Part shown: positions 49,761-58,264 of the stretch, piece after piece
How the letters are laid out: each line of letters begins with the position of its first letter
Numbering within the stretch: position 1 is the first letter of the stretch
NCBI GenBank assembly: GCA_040385825.1
Contig: JAZKGQ010000026.1
Location: 3,815 to 67,814, forward strand
From: Pseudomonadota bacterium
Lineage (GTDB): Bacteria > Pseudomonadota > Alphaproteobacteria > Rhodobacterales > Rhodobacteraceae
Direction: 5' to 3'
Length of the DNA: 64,000 nucleotides
Made by a program: the position numbers and the translations under genes
Notes under the pieces: model-generated
Databases searched by the model: none
What the model was told of the DNA's origin: nothing
The model's input: only the letters and a program-made list of their open reading frames with translations

Positions 49761-51323
49761 ATGACCATGACCGACGAACCGGGCCGCAAGCGCCGCGCAG
49801 GGGGCCGTGCGGGCAACAAGCAACGGGCTGGAACCGCCGTCATCGATCAGATGCCCTGGCGGATTCCGGTCAACCCGGACCGCCCGACCGAGCCTCTGGA
49901 CGGCGAAGGGGTGCAACGCATTCACCGGGGCGCGATGAAGATTCTGTCGGACATCGGCATCGAGTTTCTGAACCCCGAAGCCGTCACCATCCTGAAACGC
50001 GCAGGCTGCACGGTGAACGGGACCAACGTGCGGATGGACGAGGATTTCGTGATGGAAATGCTGGGCCACGCGCCCGAGCAATTCACCATCACGCCGCGCA
50101 ACCCCGACCGCGAAGTGATCATCGGTGGCAAGCACATGGTGTTTGTCAACGTGTCGTCCCCACCGAATGCCTGGGATCTGGAGCGGGGCAAACGGTCGGG
50201 CGACTTTGAATCCTTCAAGGAATTCATGAAGCTGACGCAGTATTTCAACTGCATCCACATTGCGGGCGGCTATCCGGTTGAGCCGATCGACATTCACCCT
50301 GCCGTGCGCCATCTGGACTGCCTGTATGAAAAGCTGACCCTGACCGACAAGGTGGTGCACGCCTATTCGCTTGGGGCGGAACGGGTGGAGGATGTGATGG
50401 AGATGACCCGCCTTGCGGGTGGTCTTAGCCAAGCAGAGTTCGACGCCAAACCCCGGATGTACACCAACATCAACTCGGTCAGCCCGCTGAAGCACGACTA
50501 CCCGATGCTGGACGGCGCGATGCGGCTGGCCCGGCGCGGCCAGCCGGTGATCGTGACGCCCTTTACCCTTGCGGGGGCCATGGCTCCGGTGACGATGGCC
50601 GGGGCTGTGGCCTTGAGTTTGGCCGAGGCTTTGGCGGCTATTGCCCTGCTGCAATACATCAACCCCGGTTGCCCGGTGGCGATTGGCACCTTTACCAGCA
50701 ACGTCGACATGAAATCGGGCGCCCCCGCCTTTGGCACGCCGGAATACATGCGCGCCACGCAGATGACCGGGCAGTTGGTGCGGCATTACAAGCTGCCGAT
50801 GCGGTCGTCGGGGGTCTGTGCCGCCAACGTGCCGGACGGGCAGGCGATGTGGGAAACCTCGAACTCTCTGTGGGCGGCGGTGCAGTCGGGCACCAACATG
50901 GTCTATCACGCGGCGGGCTGGCTGGAGGGGGGGCTGATCGCCAGCCCCGAAAAATTCGTGATGGATTGCGAAGTGTTGCAGATGATCCAGCGCTATTTCG
51001 AGGAGGCGACCTTTGCCACCACCGACGATGACATTGCGCTGGATGCCATCCGCGAGGTTGGCCCCGGCGGGCATTACTTTGGCTGCCAGCACACGCAAGA
51101 CCGCTATTCCACCGCCTTTTACGCGCCCTTCGTTTCCGACTGGCGCAACTATGAAGCGTGGCAGATCGACGGGTCGGTCTGGACGGCCGAGCGCGCCCAC
51201 GCGATCTACAAGCAGATCATCAAAGAATTTGAAGCCCCCGAGATGAACGAGGACCACCGCGAAGAACTGCGCCGCTTCGTCGCCAAACGCAAGCAAGAGG
51301 GTGGCGCGCCGACAGACTTCTGA
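49761..51323 (+). CDS. MttB-superfamily (trimethylamine methyltransferase-like) protein, non-pyrrolysine type
   Basis: 520-aa uninterrupted ORF. MttB-like blocks: IHRGAMKILSDIGIEF, GGYPVEPID, SVSPLKHD, GGHYFG. No in-frame TAG. Confidence 0.85.
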   Translation: MTMTDEPGRKRRAGGRAGNKQRAGTAVIDQMPWRIPVNPDRPTEPLDGEGVQRIHRGAMKILSDIGIEFLNPEAVTILKRAGCTVNGTNVRMDEDFVMEMLGHAPEQFTITPRNPDREVIIGGKHMVFVNVSSPPNAWDLERGKRSGDFESFKEFMKLTQYFNCIHIAGGYPVEPIDIHPAVRHLDCLYEKLTLTDKVVHAYSLGAERVEDVMEMTRLAGGLSQAEFDAKPRMYTNINSVSPLKHDYPMLDGAMRLARRGQPVIVTPFTLAGAMAPVTMAGAVALSLAEALAAIALLQYINPGCPVAIGTFTSNVDMKSGAPAFGTPEYMRATQMTGQLVRHYKLPMRSSGVCAANVPDGQAMWETSNSLWAAVQSGTNMVYHAAGWLEGGLIASPEKFVMDCEVLQMIQRYFEEATFATTDDDIALDAIREVGPGGHYFGCQHTQDRYSTAFYAPFVSDWRNYEAWQIDGSVWTAERAHAIYKQIIKEFEAPEMNEDHREELRRFVAKRKQEGGAPTDF

Positions 51324-51357
51324 TGGGGTGTCGGGTGCAAGGAGGGCACACTTCCTC

Positions 51358-51377
51358 GCCCCGGCGCAGGCCGGGGC
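51358..51377 (+). terminator. terminator-like hairpin after the MttB-family gene (no U-tract)
   Basis: 8-bp stem gccccggc / gccggggc with loop gcag, 35 nt after the stop. Confidence 0.35.
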
Positions 51378-51468
51378 CTCCCGCCACGGGATGCTTCGCA
51401 CAAAGGATGGGGTGATTGCGGCCTTTTGCGCGGCGGGGTAGCTTGCGCGCGATCACCAGACCGCAAGG

Positions 51469-53199
51469 ATGCGCCCGATGGACAGTTTGACACGCAACCG
51501 CCTGCTGATGGCGGCTATCGGGGCGATTGCAGGCATCAGCCTCTATGCCCTGTTCGAGGTGCTGGATCAGGCCCTGTTGCCGGATCGGGCGGCGCTGTGG
51601 CTGACCTGCTTTGCCGCCGTGTTCTTCAGTGCGCTGCTGGCGCTGACCGGCCCGTTGCCGGTGCTGCGCGCCGGGCTGCGCGCCTTGGTTTTGGCCTTGC
51701 TTGTGGCGACGCTGCTGTTCTGGGCGGGCTTGCGCTATGACAGTGTCAGCGGTTTTGCCAACGGGGCGCTGGCGTTTCTGGCGGTGCTGGTGCTGGCGAC
51801 ATTGCCGCTGCCCTTCATCATCGCCGCCGATGGGCCGGGGTGGCGGGATTACCCCACCCTGTTCAGCCAAAGCTGGACCATTCTGGTGCGGATGGCGACG
51901 GCCTGGGTCTTTGTCGGCGTCGTCTGGCTGGTGGTGTTCCTGTCGGATGCCCTGCTGTCGATGGTCGGCGTGACGCTGATCGGTGATGTGATTGAAAACG
52001 CGGGCGTCGTGTTTGTCCTGAGCGGTGCCGTGCTGGGCCTGGCCCTGGCGGTGGTGGCCGAACTGTCGGGAATGGTGTCGCCGCATCTGGTGCTGCGCTT
52101 GTTGCGGCTGTTGTTGCCGGTGGTCGTGGGGGTGATGGCGGTGTTTCTGGTGGCCGTGCCATTGCGCGGCATGACCGGGTTGTTCCAGAACCTGTCGGCG
52201 GGGTTCATCCTGCTGGCGATGGCCGGGGCCGGGATTGCGCTGGTGTCGACGGCGGTGGACCAGACCGATGCCGAGGCCGCCCATCACCCGATCATTGCCG
52301 GAGCCGCGCGGGCGGCCTGTCTGATGCTGCCCTTGCTGGCGGCGCTTGGGGCGTGGTCGGTCTGGCAGCGCGTCGCCCAATATGGCTGGACGCCGGAACG
52401 CCTGTTCGCGGCCACTGTGGCGATGTTCGCGCTGGCTTACGGCCTCGTCTATGCGCTGGCCGTGCTGCGGGGGGCCATGTGGCGCGCACAGGTGCGGCGT
52501 GGCAACACGCTGATGGCGGTCTTGCTGATGGCGGTGGCGGTGATGTGGCTGACCCCGGTGCTGAACGCCGAGCGCATCTCGGCGCGCAGTCAGGTGGCGC
52601 GCTATACTACCGGCGCGGTGAAGGCCGAGGCGATGGACCTGGCCGCGCTGGCCACCTGGGGCCGCGCGGGGGCGGACGCGCGTGCAACCCTTGCAGCCCT
52701 GGCCGAAACCGCCGGCCATGAGGCGCTGGCGACCCGTCTGGCACAGGGCGACGGCACCGAAGCCGCGGACCCGGCGGTGGCGGTGGCGGGCCTTGCGGCG
52801 CTGATGCCGCTGCAACCGCCGACCGCCACCGCCACGCGGGATTTCCTGCTGGCGGGGCTGGACGCCTATGCCGTGCAGGACTGGACGCTGGCCTGCGGGC
52901 GCAGGCAACAGCCGGGGGGCGAACCCGGCTGTCTGATGGTGGTGGCGGACCTGTGGCCGCGCGAACCCGGCGAGGAGGCGATCGTGCTGCTGGATCAGGG
53001 GGGCTGGGCCTTGGTGCAGGGGGCGATCTTCCGCGATGGCAAGACCGAAACCCGGCAGGTCTGGGCCGGGCCGGGCGGCACGCTCGACACGCAGACAGCC
53101 CTTGCCCTGCTGTCGCAATGGCAGGCCGAGGCCCCGCCTCTGGCCCCGGTGCCGCTGAACCAATTGGGGGTCGAGGGCGGGTTCATCCTGCTGCCCTGA
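51469..53199 (+). CDS. DUF4153-like polytopic membrane protein with C-terminal soluble region
   Basis: About 10 TM segments over the first 400 aa, then a soluble Ala-rich tail. Family assignment is from memory of the DUF4153 architecture. Confidence 0.65.
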   Translation: MRPMDSLTRNRLLMAAIGAIAGISLYALFEVLDQALLPDRAALWLTCFAAVFFSALLALTGPLPVLRAGLRALVLALLVATLLFWAGLRYDSVSGFANGALAFLAVLVLATLPLPFIIAADGPGWRDYPTLFSQSWTILVRMATAWVFVGVVWLVVFLSDALLSMVGVTLIGDVIENAGVVFVLSGAVLGLALAVVAELSGMVSPHLVLRLLRLLLPVVVGVMAVFLVAVPLRGMTGLFQNLSAGFILLAMAGAGIALVSTAVDQTDAEAAHHPIIAGAARAACLMLPLLAALGAWSVWQRVAQYGWTPERLFAATVAMFALAYGLVYALAVLRGAMWRAQVRRGNTLMAVLLMAVAVMWLTPVLNAERISARSQVARYTTGAVKAEAMDLAALATWGRAGADARATLAALAETAGHEALATRLAQGDGTEAADPAVAVAGLAALMPLQPPTATATRDFLLAGLDAYAVQDWTLACGRRQQPGGEPGCLMVVADLWPREPGEEAIVLLDQGGWALVQGAIFRDGKTETRQVWAGPGGTLDTQTALALLSQWQAEAPPLAPVPLNQLGVEGGFILLP

Positions 53200-53262
53200 C
53201 CCTGTTGGCATGTTGTTAACGACTTGGCGGTAGCCTTGCGGGGAATCAAAGGGGACAGGACG

Positions 53263-53850
53263 ATGCATGGCTTGATCAACCGCGCAGTACAGTGCTTTCT
53301 GCGCGACATGTATGGGCCTGACCTGTGGCTGCGCGTCGTGCAGGACGCAGGCCTGCCCTTCGACAGTTTCGAGCCGATGCTGCGCTATGACACCAGCCTG
53401 ACCGACGGTGTCATCGCCTCGGCCGCCCGCATCCTGAACCGCCCGCGCGAAGCCCTGCTGGAAGATCTGGGCCACTATCTTGTCTCGCATCACAATCTTG
53501 AGGCGTTGCGCCGCCTGCTGCGCTTTGGCGGCGTCAGCTTCGGCGATTTCCTGAACTCGCTGGAGGATTTGCCCGGCCGGGGGCGGCTGGCGGTGCCGGA
53601 CCTGAACCTGCCCGATCTGGTGCTGCAAGACCGTGGCGACCAGATCTATGCGCTCAGTTGCCGGTTTGCGCTGCCGGGGGTGGGGCATGTGATGCTGGGG
53701 CTGCTTCGGGCGATGGCCGATGATTATGGCGCGCTGGTGCTGCTGGACCATGACGGCATGGTGGCGGGGGTCGAGGTGATCTCGATTCATCTGGCTGATT
53801 CCAGCCATACGCCGGGCCGCCGGTTCGATCTTGCAGCGCCGGTGGGGTAA
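53263..53850 (+). CDS. stand-alone H-NOX (HNOB) domain protein, atypical heme pocket
   Basis: MHGLINRAVQCFLRDMYG N-terminus. FLNSLEDLP occupies the place where canonical H-NOX proteins have F-x7-H. S-x-R is retained in YALSCR. Confidence 0.75.
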   Translation: MHGLINRAVQCFLRDMYGPDLWLRVVQDAGLPFDSFEPMLRYDTSLTDGVIASAARILNRPREALLEDLGHYLVSHHNLEALRRLLRFGGVSFGDFLNSLEDLPGRGRLAVPDLNLPDLVLQDRGDQIYALSCRFALPGVGHVMLGLLRAMADDYGALVLLDHDGMVAGVEVISIHLADSSHTPGRRFDLAAPVG

Positions 53851-53853
53851 GCC

Positions 53854-54870
53854 ATGGACGGAACGATTTCAGACCGCGTGGCAAGCCTGGACCGGGTGGC
53901 GCTTGACTGGCTGATGCCGATGCATCTGGCCCTGTCGGCCACCGGTCATATCACCAGCGCGGGGTCCACGCTGGTCAAGATGCTGCCTGGCCAGCGTCTG
54001 ATCGGGCGCGGCATATTCGACGTGTTCGACCTGCGCCGTCCCGGCGGGGTCACGACGGCAGAAGGGCTGATGGCGCGGGCGGGGCAACGGCTGCTGCTGC
54101 ACCCAAAGGGCTGCCCGGATGATGGCTTGCGCGGGGTGGCTATGCCGATGGCGGACGGGCAGGGGCTGCTGATCAACCTGTCCTTCGGCATCGGCGTGAT
54201 CGACGCCGTGCGCCGCCACGCCCTGACCGAAGCCGATTTTGCCGCCACTGACCTGACGGTCGAACTGCTGTATCTGGTCGAGGCCAAGACAGCGGTTATG
54301 GAAGAACTGAAGGGCCTGAACCTGCGGCTGCAAGGGGCCAAGATCGCGGCGGAAGAACAGGCGCTGACCGACCCGCTGACCGGCCTGCGCAACCGCCGCG
54401 CGGCAGACCTGCAACTTGATCTGCTGTTCGCGGGCCGGCGGGCCTTCAGCGTGATGCAGATGGACCTCGATTTCTTCAAGGCGGTGAACGACAGTCTTGG
54501 GCATGCGGCGGGCGATCATGTGCTGCGCGCGGTGGCGCGGGTGCTGCGCGAACAGACCCGCGCCGAAGACTGCGTGGCCCGCATCGGCGGCGACGAGTTT
54601 CTGATCATCTTTCCCGGCCTGTCCGACCCCGCCCTGCTGCGCCAGATCGCCAACCGGATCATTGGCCAGATCAGCCGCCCGATCGGGTTTGAAGGGCAGG
54701 ACTGCCGGGTGTCTGCCAGCATCGGCATGGGCCTGTCGACGCAATACGTCAGCCCGCAAAGCCACCGCATGCTGCATGATCTGGATGCCGCGCTATATGC
54801 CGCCAAACGGGCGGGGCGCGAACAGGCGATGATGGTGGATACGTCGGTGCAAGGCGCGCAGGGCAAGTGA
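53854..54870 (+). CDS. HNOBA(PAS-like)-coiled coil-GGDEF diguanylate cyclase
   Basis: The N-terminal 170 aa align by eye with the sGC H-NOXA domain plus signalling helix (MPMHLAL..., LRGVAMPMADGQGLLINLSFG..., TDLTVELLYLVEA). I-site RAED plus GGDEF. Confidence 0.85.
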   Translation: MDGTISDRVASLDRVALDWLMPMHLALSATGHITSAGSTLVKMLPGQRLIGRGIFDVFDLRRPGGVTTAEGLMARAGQRLLLHPKGCPDDGLRGVAMPMADGQGLLINLSFGIGVIDAVRRHALTEADFAATDLTVELLYLVEAKTAVMEELKGLNLRLQGAKIAAEEQALTDPLTGLRNRRAADLQLDLLFAGRRAFSVMQMDLDFFKAVNDSLGHAAGDHVLRAVARVLREQTRAEDCVARIGGDEFLIIFPGLSDPALLRQIANRIIGQISRPIGFEGQDCRVSASIGMGLSTQYVSPQSHRMLHDLDAALYAAKRAGREQAMMVDTSVQGAQGK

Positions 54871-54928
54871 ACCTTGCCAGGTCGCCTCTATGCGACCCGC
54901 GGCCAAACATTGTCATCATCAGGGAAAT

Positions 54929-55003
54929 TGGCAGCCCGTAGGGGAGTCGAACCCCTCTTACCAGGTTGAAAACCTGGTGTCCTAACCGATAGACGAACGG
55001 GCC
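54929..55003 (-). tRNA. tRNA-Glu (anticodon UUC)
   Basis: 75-nt cloverleaf read by hand: acceptor GGCCCGU/ACGGGCU, anticodon stem CCAGG/CCUGG with loop UUUUCAA, T-arm AGGGG-UUCGACU-CCCCU, encoded CCA. Confidence 0.85.
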
Positions 55004-55129
55004 ACTAAGTGGTGTCGGGTGCATAATGGGCGGCTTGGCGGTTCGCAAGGGAAAAATGCGTCCGGGAGCACAGTCCTAGGCACAGAGGGCGCGTTTGCAG
55101 GCCGCCGCCTAGCCGTCTTGCGCGCGGTG

Positions 55130-56875
55130 TCAGCCGCTGTGGGCCGCGTCTTCCAGCCGCAACTGTACCTTGGTGCGCCCGCCGTAGGTGTTCAGCTCCA
55201 GCCGGCCTGCCAGATGAAACCGCCGGTGCCCCGCGTTTTCCAGCGCCGGGCCAAGCGGGCCGTCGAAGGCCCCGAAGGCCACGGCGTCGATGCGCGCGCC
55301 GCCGGTGTCGCCAAAGCTGAGCCGCAGATGCGCCGACCCGATGCGCCGGGCCTGCACGGCCACATCGGCAAAGGCAAAGCGCGGGGCAGGGGCCGAGGCC
55401 CCGAACGGCCCCGCCTGTTCGATCTGTTCGACCAGTGCCGGGGTGGCCGCCTGCGGCATCAGCAGGCTGTCGATGCGCAGATCGCCGGGGCCGCCCGACC
55501 CCGCCCCTTGCCGCGCCAGCAAGTCACCCAGACGCGCCATCGCAGGCTCCAGCCGGTCACGCGCCACCGTCAGACCCGCCGCCATCTTGTGCCCGCCACC
55601 CTTGATCAACAGCCCCTCGGAGGCCAGCCGATGCACCGCCGCCCCAAGATCGACGCCCGACACCGACCGGGCCGACCCCTTGCCGATGTCGCCGTCAAAC
55701 CCGATCACCACGGCGGGGCGGTGCGTCGCCTCTTTCAGCCGGGCGGCCACAATGCCCACCACGCCCGGATGCCAGCCATCGGCGGCGGCCCAGACCAGCG
55801 GGCCGTCCAGCCCCCGTGCCTCGGCCTGCGCCAAAGCTTCTTCGCGCACCCGGCCCTCGATCTCGCGGCGTTCGGTGTTCAGCAGGTCCAGCCGGGCCGC
55901 AAGGCTCGCGGCCTCGGTCGGGTCATCGGTGGCCAGCAGTCGCGCGCCAAGATCGGCCTGCCCGATGCGGCCCCCGGCATTGACGCGCGGACCCAGCAGA
56001 AACCCGAGCGCATAGGGGGTGGGGGCGGTGTCCATGCGCGCGAGGTCTGCCAAGGCACGCAGGCCGGGCCGGTCGCGCCGCGCCATCACCCGCAGCCCTT
56101 GCCGCACGAAGGCGCGGTTTACCCCGGTCAGCGGGGCCACATCGGCCACGGTCGCCAGCGCCACCAGATCAAGCAGGGCCATCAGATCGGGGCCTTGCAC
56201 GCCCTCGCTGCGCAACTGCCGGTTGGCCTCGACCAGCATCAGGAACACCACTGACGCGGCACAAAGATGGGCCAGCGCGCCATCCTCATCCTGCCGGTTG
56301 GGGTTCACCACGGCCAGGGCCGGGGGCAGGGTTTCGGCGCCAAGGTGATGGTCCAGCACCACCACATCCGCGCCCTTGGCCGCCGCGATAGGGTCATGCG
56401 ACAGGGTGCCGCAATCGACGCAGAGGATCAGGTCATGGTCGCGCGCCAGCCCCTGCATTGCGGCCACGTTCGGGCCATAGCCTTCGTCGATCCGGTCGGG
56501 AACATACAGCGTGGCGCGGCGCCCCATGGCGCGCAGCCAGATGATCAGCAGGGCGGCAGACGACCCGCCATCCACGTCATAATCGGCAAACACCGCAATG
56601 CGCTGATTGTCTTTCACCGCCCGCAGGAACCGCGCGGCGGCGGGTTCCATATCCTTCAGGCTGCGGGGGTCGGGCAGCAGGTCACGCAGCACGGGTGCCA
56701 GAAAGGCCGCCGCATCCGACGGCGCAACACCACGCGCCACAAGGGTCTGGCACAGGGCCATCGGCAGATGGGTGCCCTGCGCCATCGCCTCGGCCAGCCG
56801 GTCAGCCTCCAGCCCCGGACCGATCCAGCGGCGTCCGGTCAGCGAGGCTTCAACGTCAAGAAAAGCGCGGGTCAT
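55130..56875 (-). CDS. recJ: single-stranded-DNA-specific exonuclease RecJ
   Basis: DHH-family motifs (IAVFADYDVDGGSS, VVLDHH, GGGHKMAAG); 581 aa. Confidence 0.9.
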   Translation of the reverse strand: MTRAFLDVEASLTGRRWIGPGLEADRLAEAMAQGTHLPMALCQTLVARGVAPSDAAAFLAPVLRDLLPDPRSLKDMEPAAARFLRAVKDNQRIAVFADYDVDGGSSAALLIIWLRAMGRRATLYVPDRIDEGYGPNVAAMQGLARDHDLILCVDCGTLSHDPIAAAKGADVVVLDHHLGAETLPPALAVVNPNRQDEDGALAHLCAASVVFLMLVEANRQLRSEGVQGPDLMALLDLVALATVADVAPLTGVNRAFVRQGLRVMARRDRPGLRALADLARMDTAPTPYALGFLLGPRVNAGGRIGQADLGARLLATDDPTEAASLAARLDLLNTERREIEGRVREEALAQAEARGLDGPLVWAAADGWHPGVVGIVAARLKEATHRPAVVIGFDGDIGKGSARSVSGVDLGAAVHRLASEGLLIKGGGHKMAAGLTVARDRLEPAMARLGDLLARQGAGSGGPGDLRIDSLLMPQAATPALVEQIEQAGPFGASAPAPRFAFADVAVQARRIGSAHLRLSFGDTGGARIDAVAFGAFDGPLGPALENAGHRRFHLAGRLELNTYGGRTKVQLRLEDAAHSG

Positions 56876-56912
56876 GCGGCTTGTCTTGCCTCATGCGCCC
56901 GCGCGCTGCAAG

Positions 56913-58214
56913 TCAGCCCTTGGCCTCGACGGCGGCATCCCGCAGCGCATGCGCTATCAGGTCAAGCTCGGCCTCGGTCAGGCGGGTGGGCAGGCGCACA
57001 TCGCAGGCCCGCATCAGCATGGCGCGGGTTTGCGGCAGTTCGGGCGCATCGCCCAGAAACTGCCAGTTCCAGAACGCCCGTGCATTGCCCTCGGACAGGC
57101 CGAAGATCTGCACCTTCACGCCGCGCGCCGCTGCTGCGGCCTGAAAGCCCATGGCCTGCGCATCGGTCCAGCCGCCCACCAGATTGAACTGGATGGAATC
57201 GGGCGCACGCTGTTCCGGGGGCAGCGCCTCGGGCACCTTCAGCGAGGCGCAGCTGTTCAGCACGGCGGCCACGCGGTCATGCCCGGTGCGGCCCCTGGCC
57301 ACCCGGTCGGCCACCAGCGGCAGTTGCGGGCGGATCACCGCAGCCGACAGGTTCTGCATGCGCAGATTGTACAGGGGCAGGCGGTTCTGCCAGTGGCCAA
57401 AGCTGTTTTGCAGCCCCGGATGTTTCTTCCAGTTTTCCTCATAAGCCCCCGACATGATCACCGCGCGGGCGGCAAGTTCGGGATCATCCGTCACCAGGAT
57501 GCCGCCTTCGCCCGCATTGACCAGCTTGTAGGACTGGAAGGAAAAGCACCCCACCCGGCCAATGGTGCCGATGTTGCGGCCGTTCCAGGTGGTGCCAAGC
57601 GAATGGGCCGCATCCTCGATCACCGGAATGCCCGCCGCATCGCACAGCGCCATGATCGCGTCCATGTCAGAGGTATGACCGCGCATGTGGCTGATCATCA
57701 CCGCAGCAGCCCCCGGCAGTTTCGCTGCGAAATCAGCCATGTCCACGCGGTAGTTCGCACCAACCTCGACCAGCACCGGCACGCAGTCGGCATGCACCAC
57801 GGCAGACGGGACGGCGGCAAAGGTGAAGGCCGGGATCAGGACCTGCGCGCCGCGCGGCAGGTCCAGCGCCTTGAGCGACAGGAACAGGGCGGCCGAACAG
57901 CTTGACACCGCAAGGGCATAGCGCGCGCCCAGAAGGGCGGCAAACTCGGCCTCCAGCAGCGCCACGGGCGCGCCTTCGGCGGCGGTGTAGCGGAACAGAT
58001 CGCCCGAGTTCAGCAGCCGCGCCACCTCGGCCATCGCGGCCTCGGGGATAGGTTCGGCCTCATGGCAGTTGGGGGCAATCGTCTGTCCGTCGGGGGCCAT
58101 CTTGCAGCTTTCCTGAAACTGATCTTCGGGAAATCTGTAAATGCAGCCGGGCCGCAACGCCAGTGACATGTTGATGACGGGGGCGGAAAGCCGCCGAAAC
58201 GCCGCGACGGGCAC
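56913..58214 (-). CDS. DegT/DnrJ/EryC1/StrS-family PLP-dependent aminotransferase; start uncertain
   Basis: FSFQSYKLVNAGEGG (PLP Lys) and IEDAAHSLG. Alternative starts at 58169 and 58100. 50 nt downstream of soxG on the same strand. Confidence 0.75.
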   Translation of the reverse strand: MPVAAFRRLSAPVINMSLALRPGCIYRFPEDQFQESCKMAPDGQTIAPNCHEAEPIPEAAMAEVARLLNSGDLFRYTAAEGAPVALLEAEFAALLGARYALAVSSCSAALFLSLKALDLPRGAQVLIPAFTFAAVPSAVVHADCVPVLVEVGANYRVDMADFAAKLPGAAAVMISHMRGHTSDMDAIMALCDAAGIPVIEDAAHSLGTTWNGRNIGTIGRVGCFSFQSYKLVNAGEGGILVTDDPELAARAVIMSGAYEENWKKHPGLQNSFGHWQNRLPLYNLRMQNLSAAVIRPQLPLVADRVARGRTGHDRVAAVLNSCASLKVPEALPPEQRAPDSIQFNLVGGWTDAQAMGFQAAAAARGVKVQIFGLSEGNARAFWNWQFLGDAPELPQTRAMLMRACDVRLPTRLTEAELDLIAHALRDAAVEAKG

Positions 58215-58264
58215 AAGGCACTGGCCGGGGGCCAGGGCGCAAAGGTCGGTTCTTCCCCGCCGTC

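Noticed and set aside
53205-53225. TTGGCATGTTGTTAACG upstream of the H-NOX gene as a sigma-54 promoter or CtrA half-site
   Set aside because: It is a good -24 half, but the -12 position reads AAC rather than TGC. There is only a single TTAAC half-site and no TTAA-N7-TTAA.
51220-53808. 862-aa ORF on the minus strand (and similar very long ORFs such as 15056-17257 +, 4349-6559 +, 28745-30727 -, 20767-22713 +, 58989-60659 +, 8506-10011 -)
   Set aside because: All lie antisense to genes with clear family motifs. Their translations are R/G/P/H/Q-rich and low in complexity, with no recognisable motifs. This is the classic stop-codon-poor antisense-frame artefact of high-GC DNA.
54871-55129. tRNA-Glu as an integration hotspot or genomic-island boundary
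   Set aside because: There is no integrase, no duplicated tRNA 3' segment and no compositional break. The flanking genes (DGC, recJ) look like core genes.
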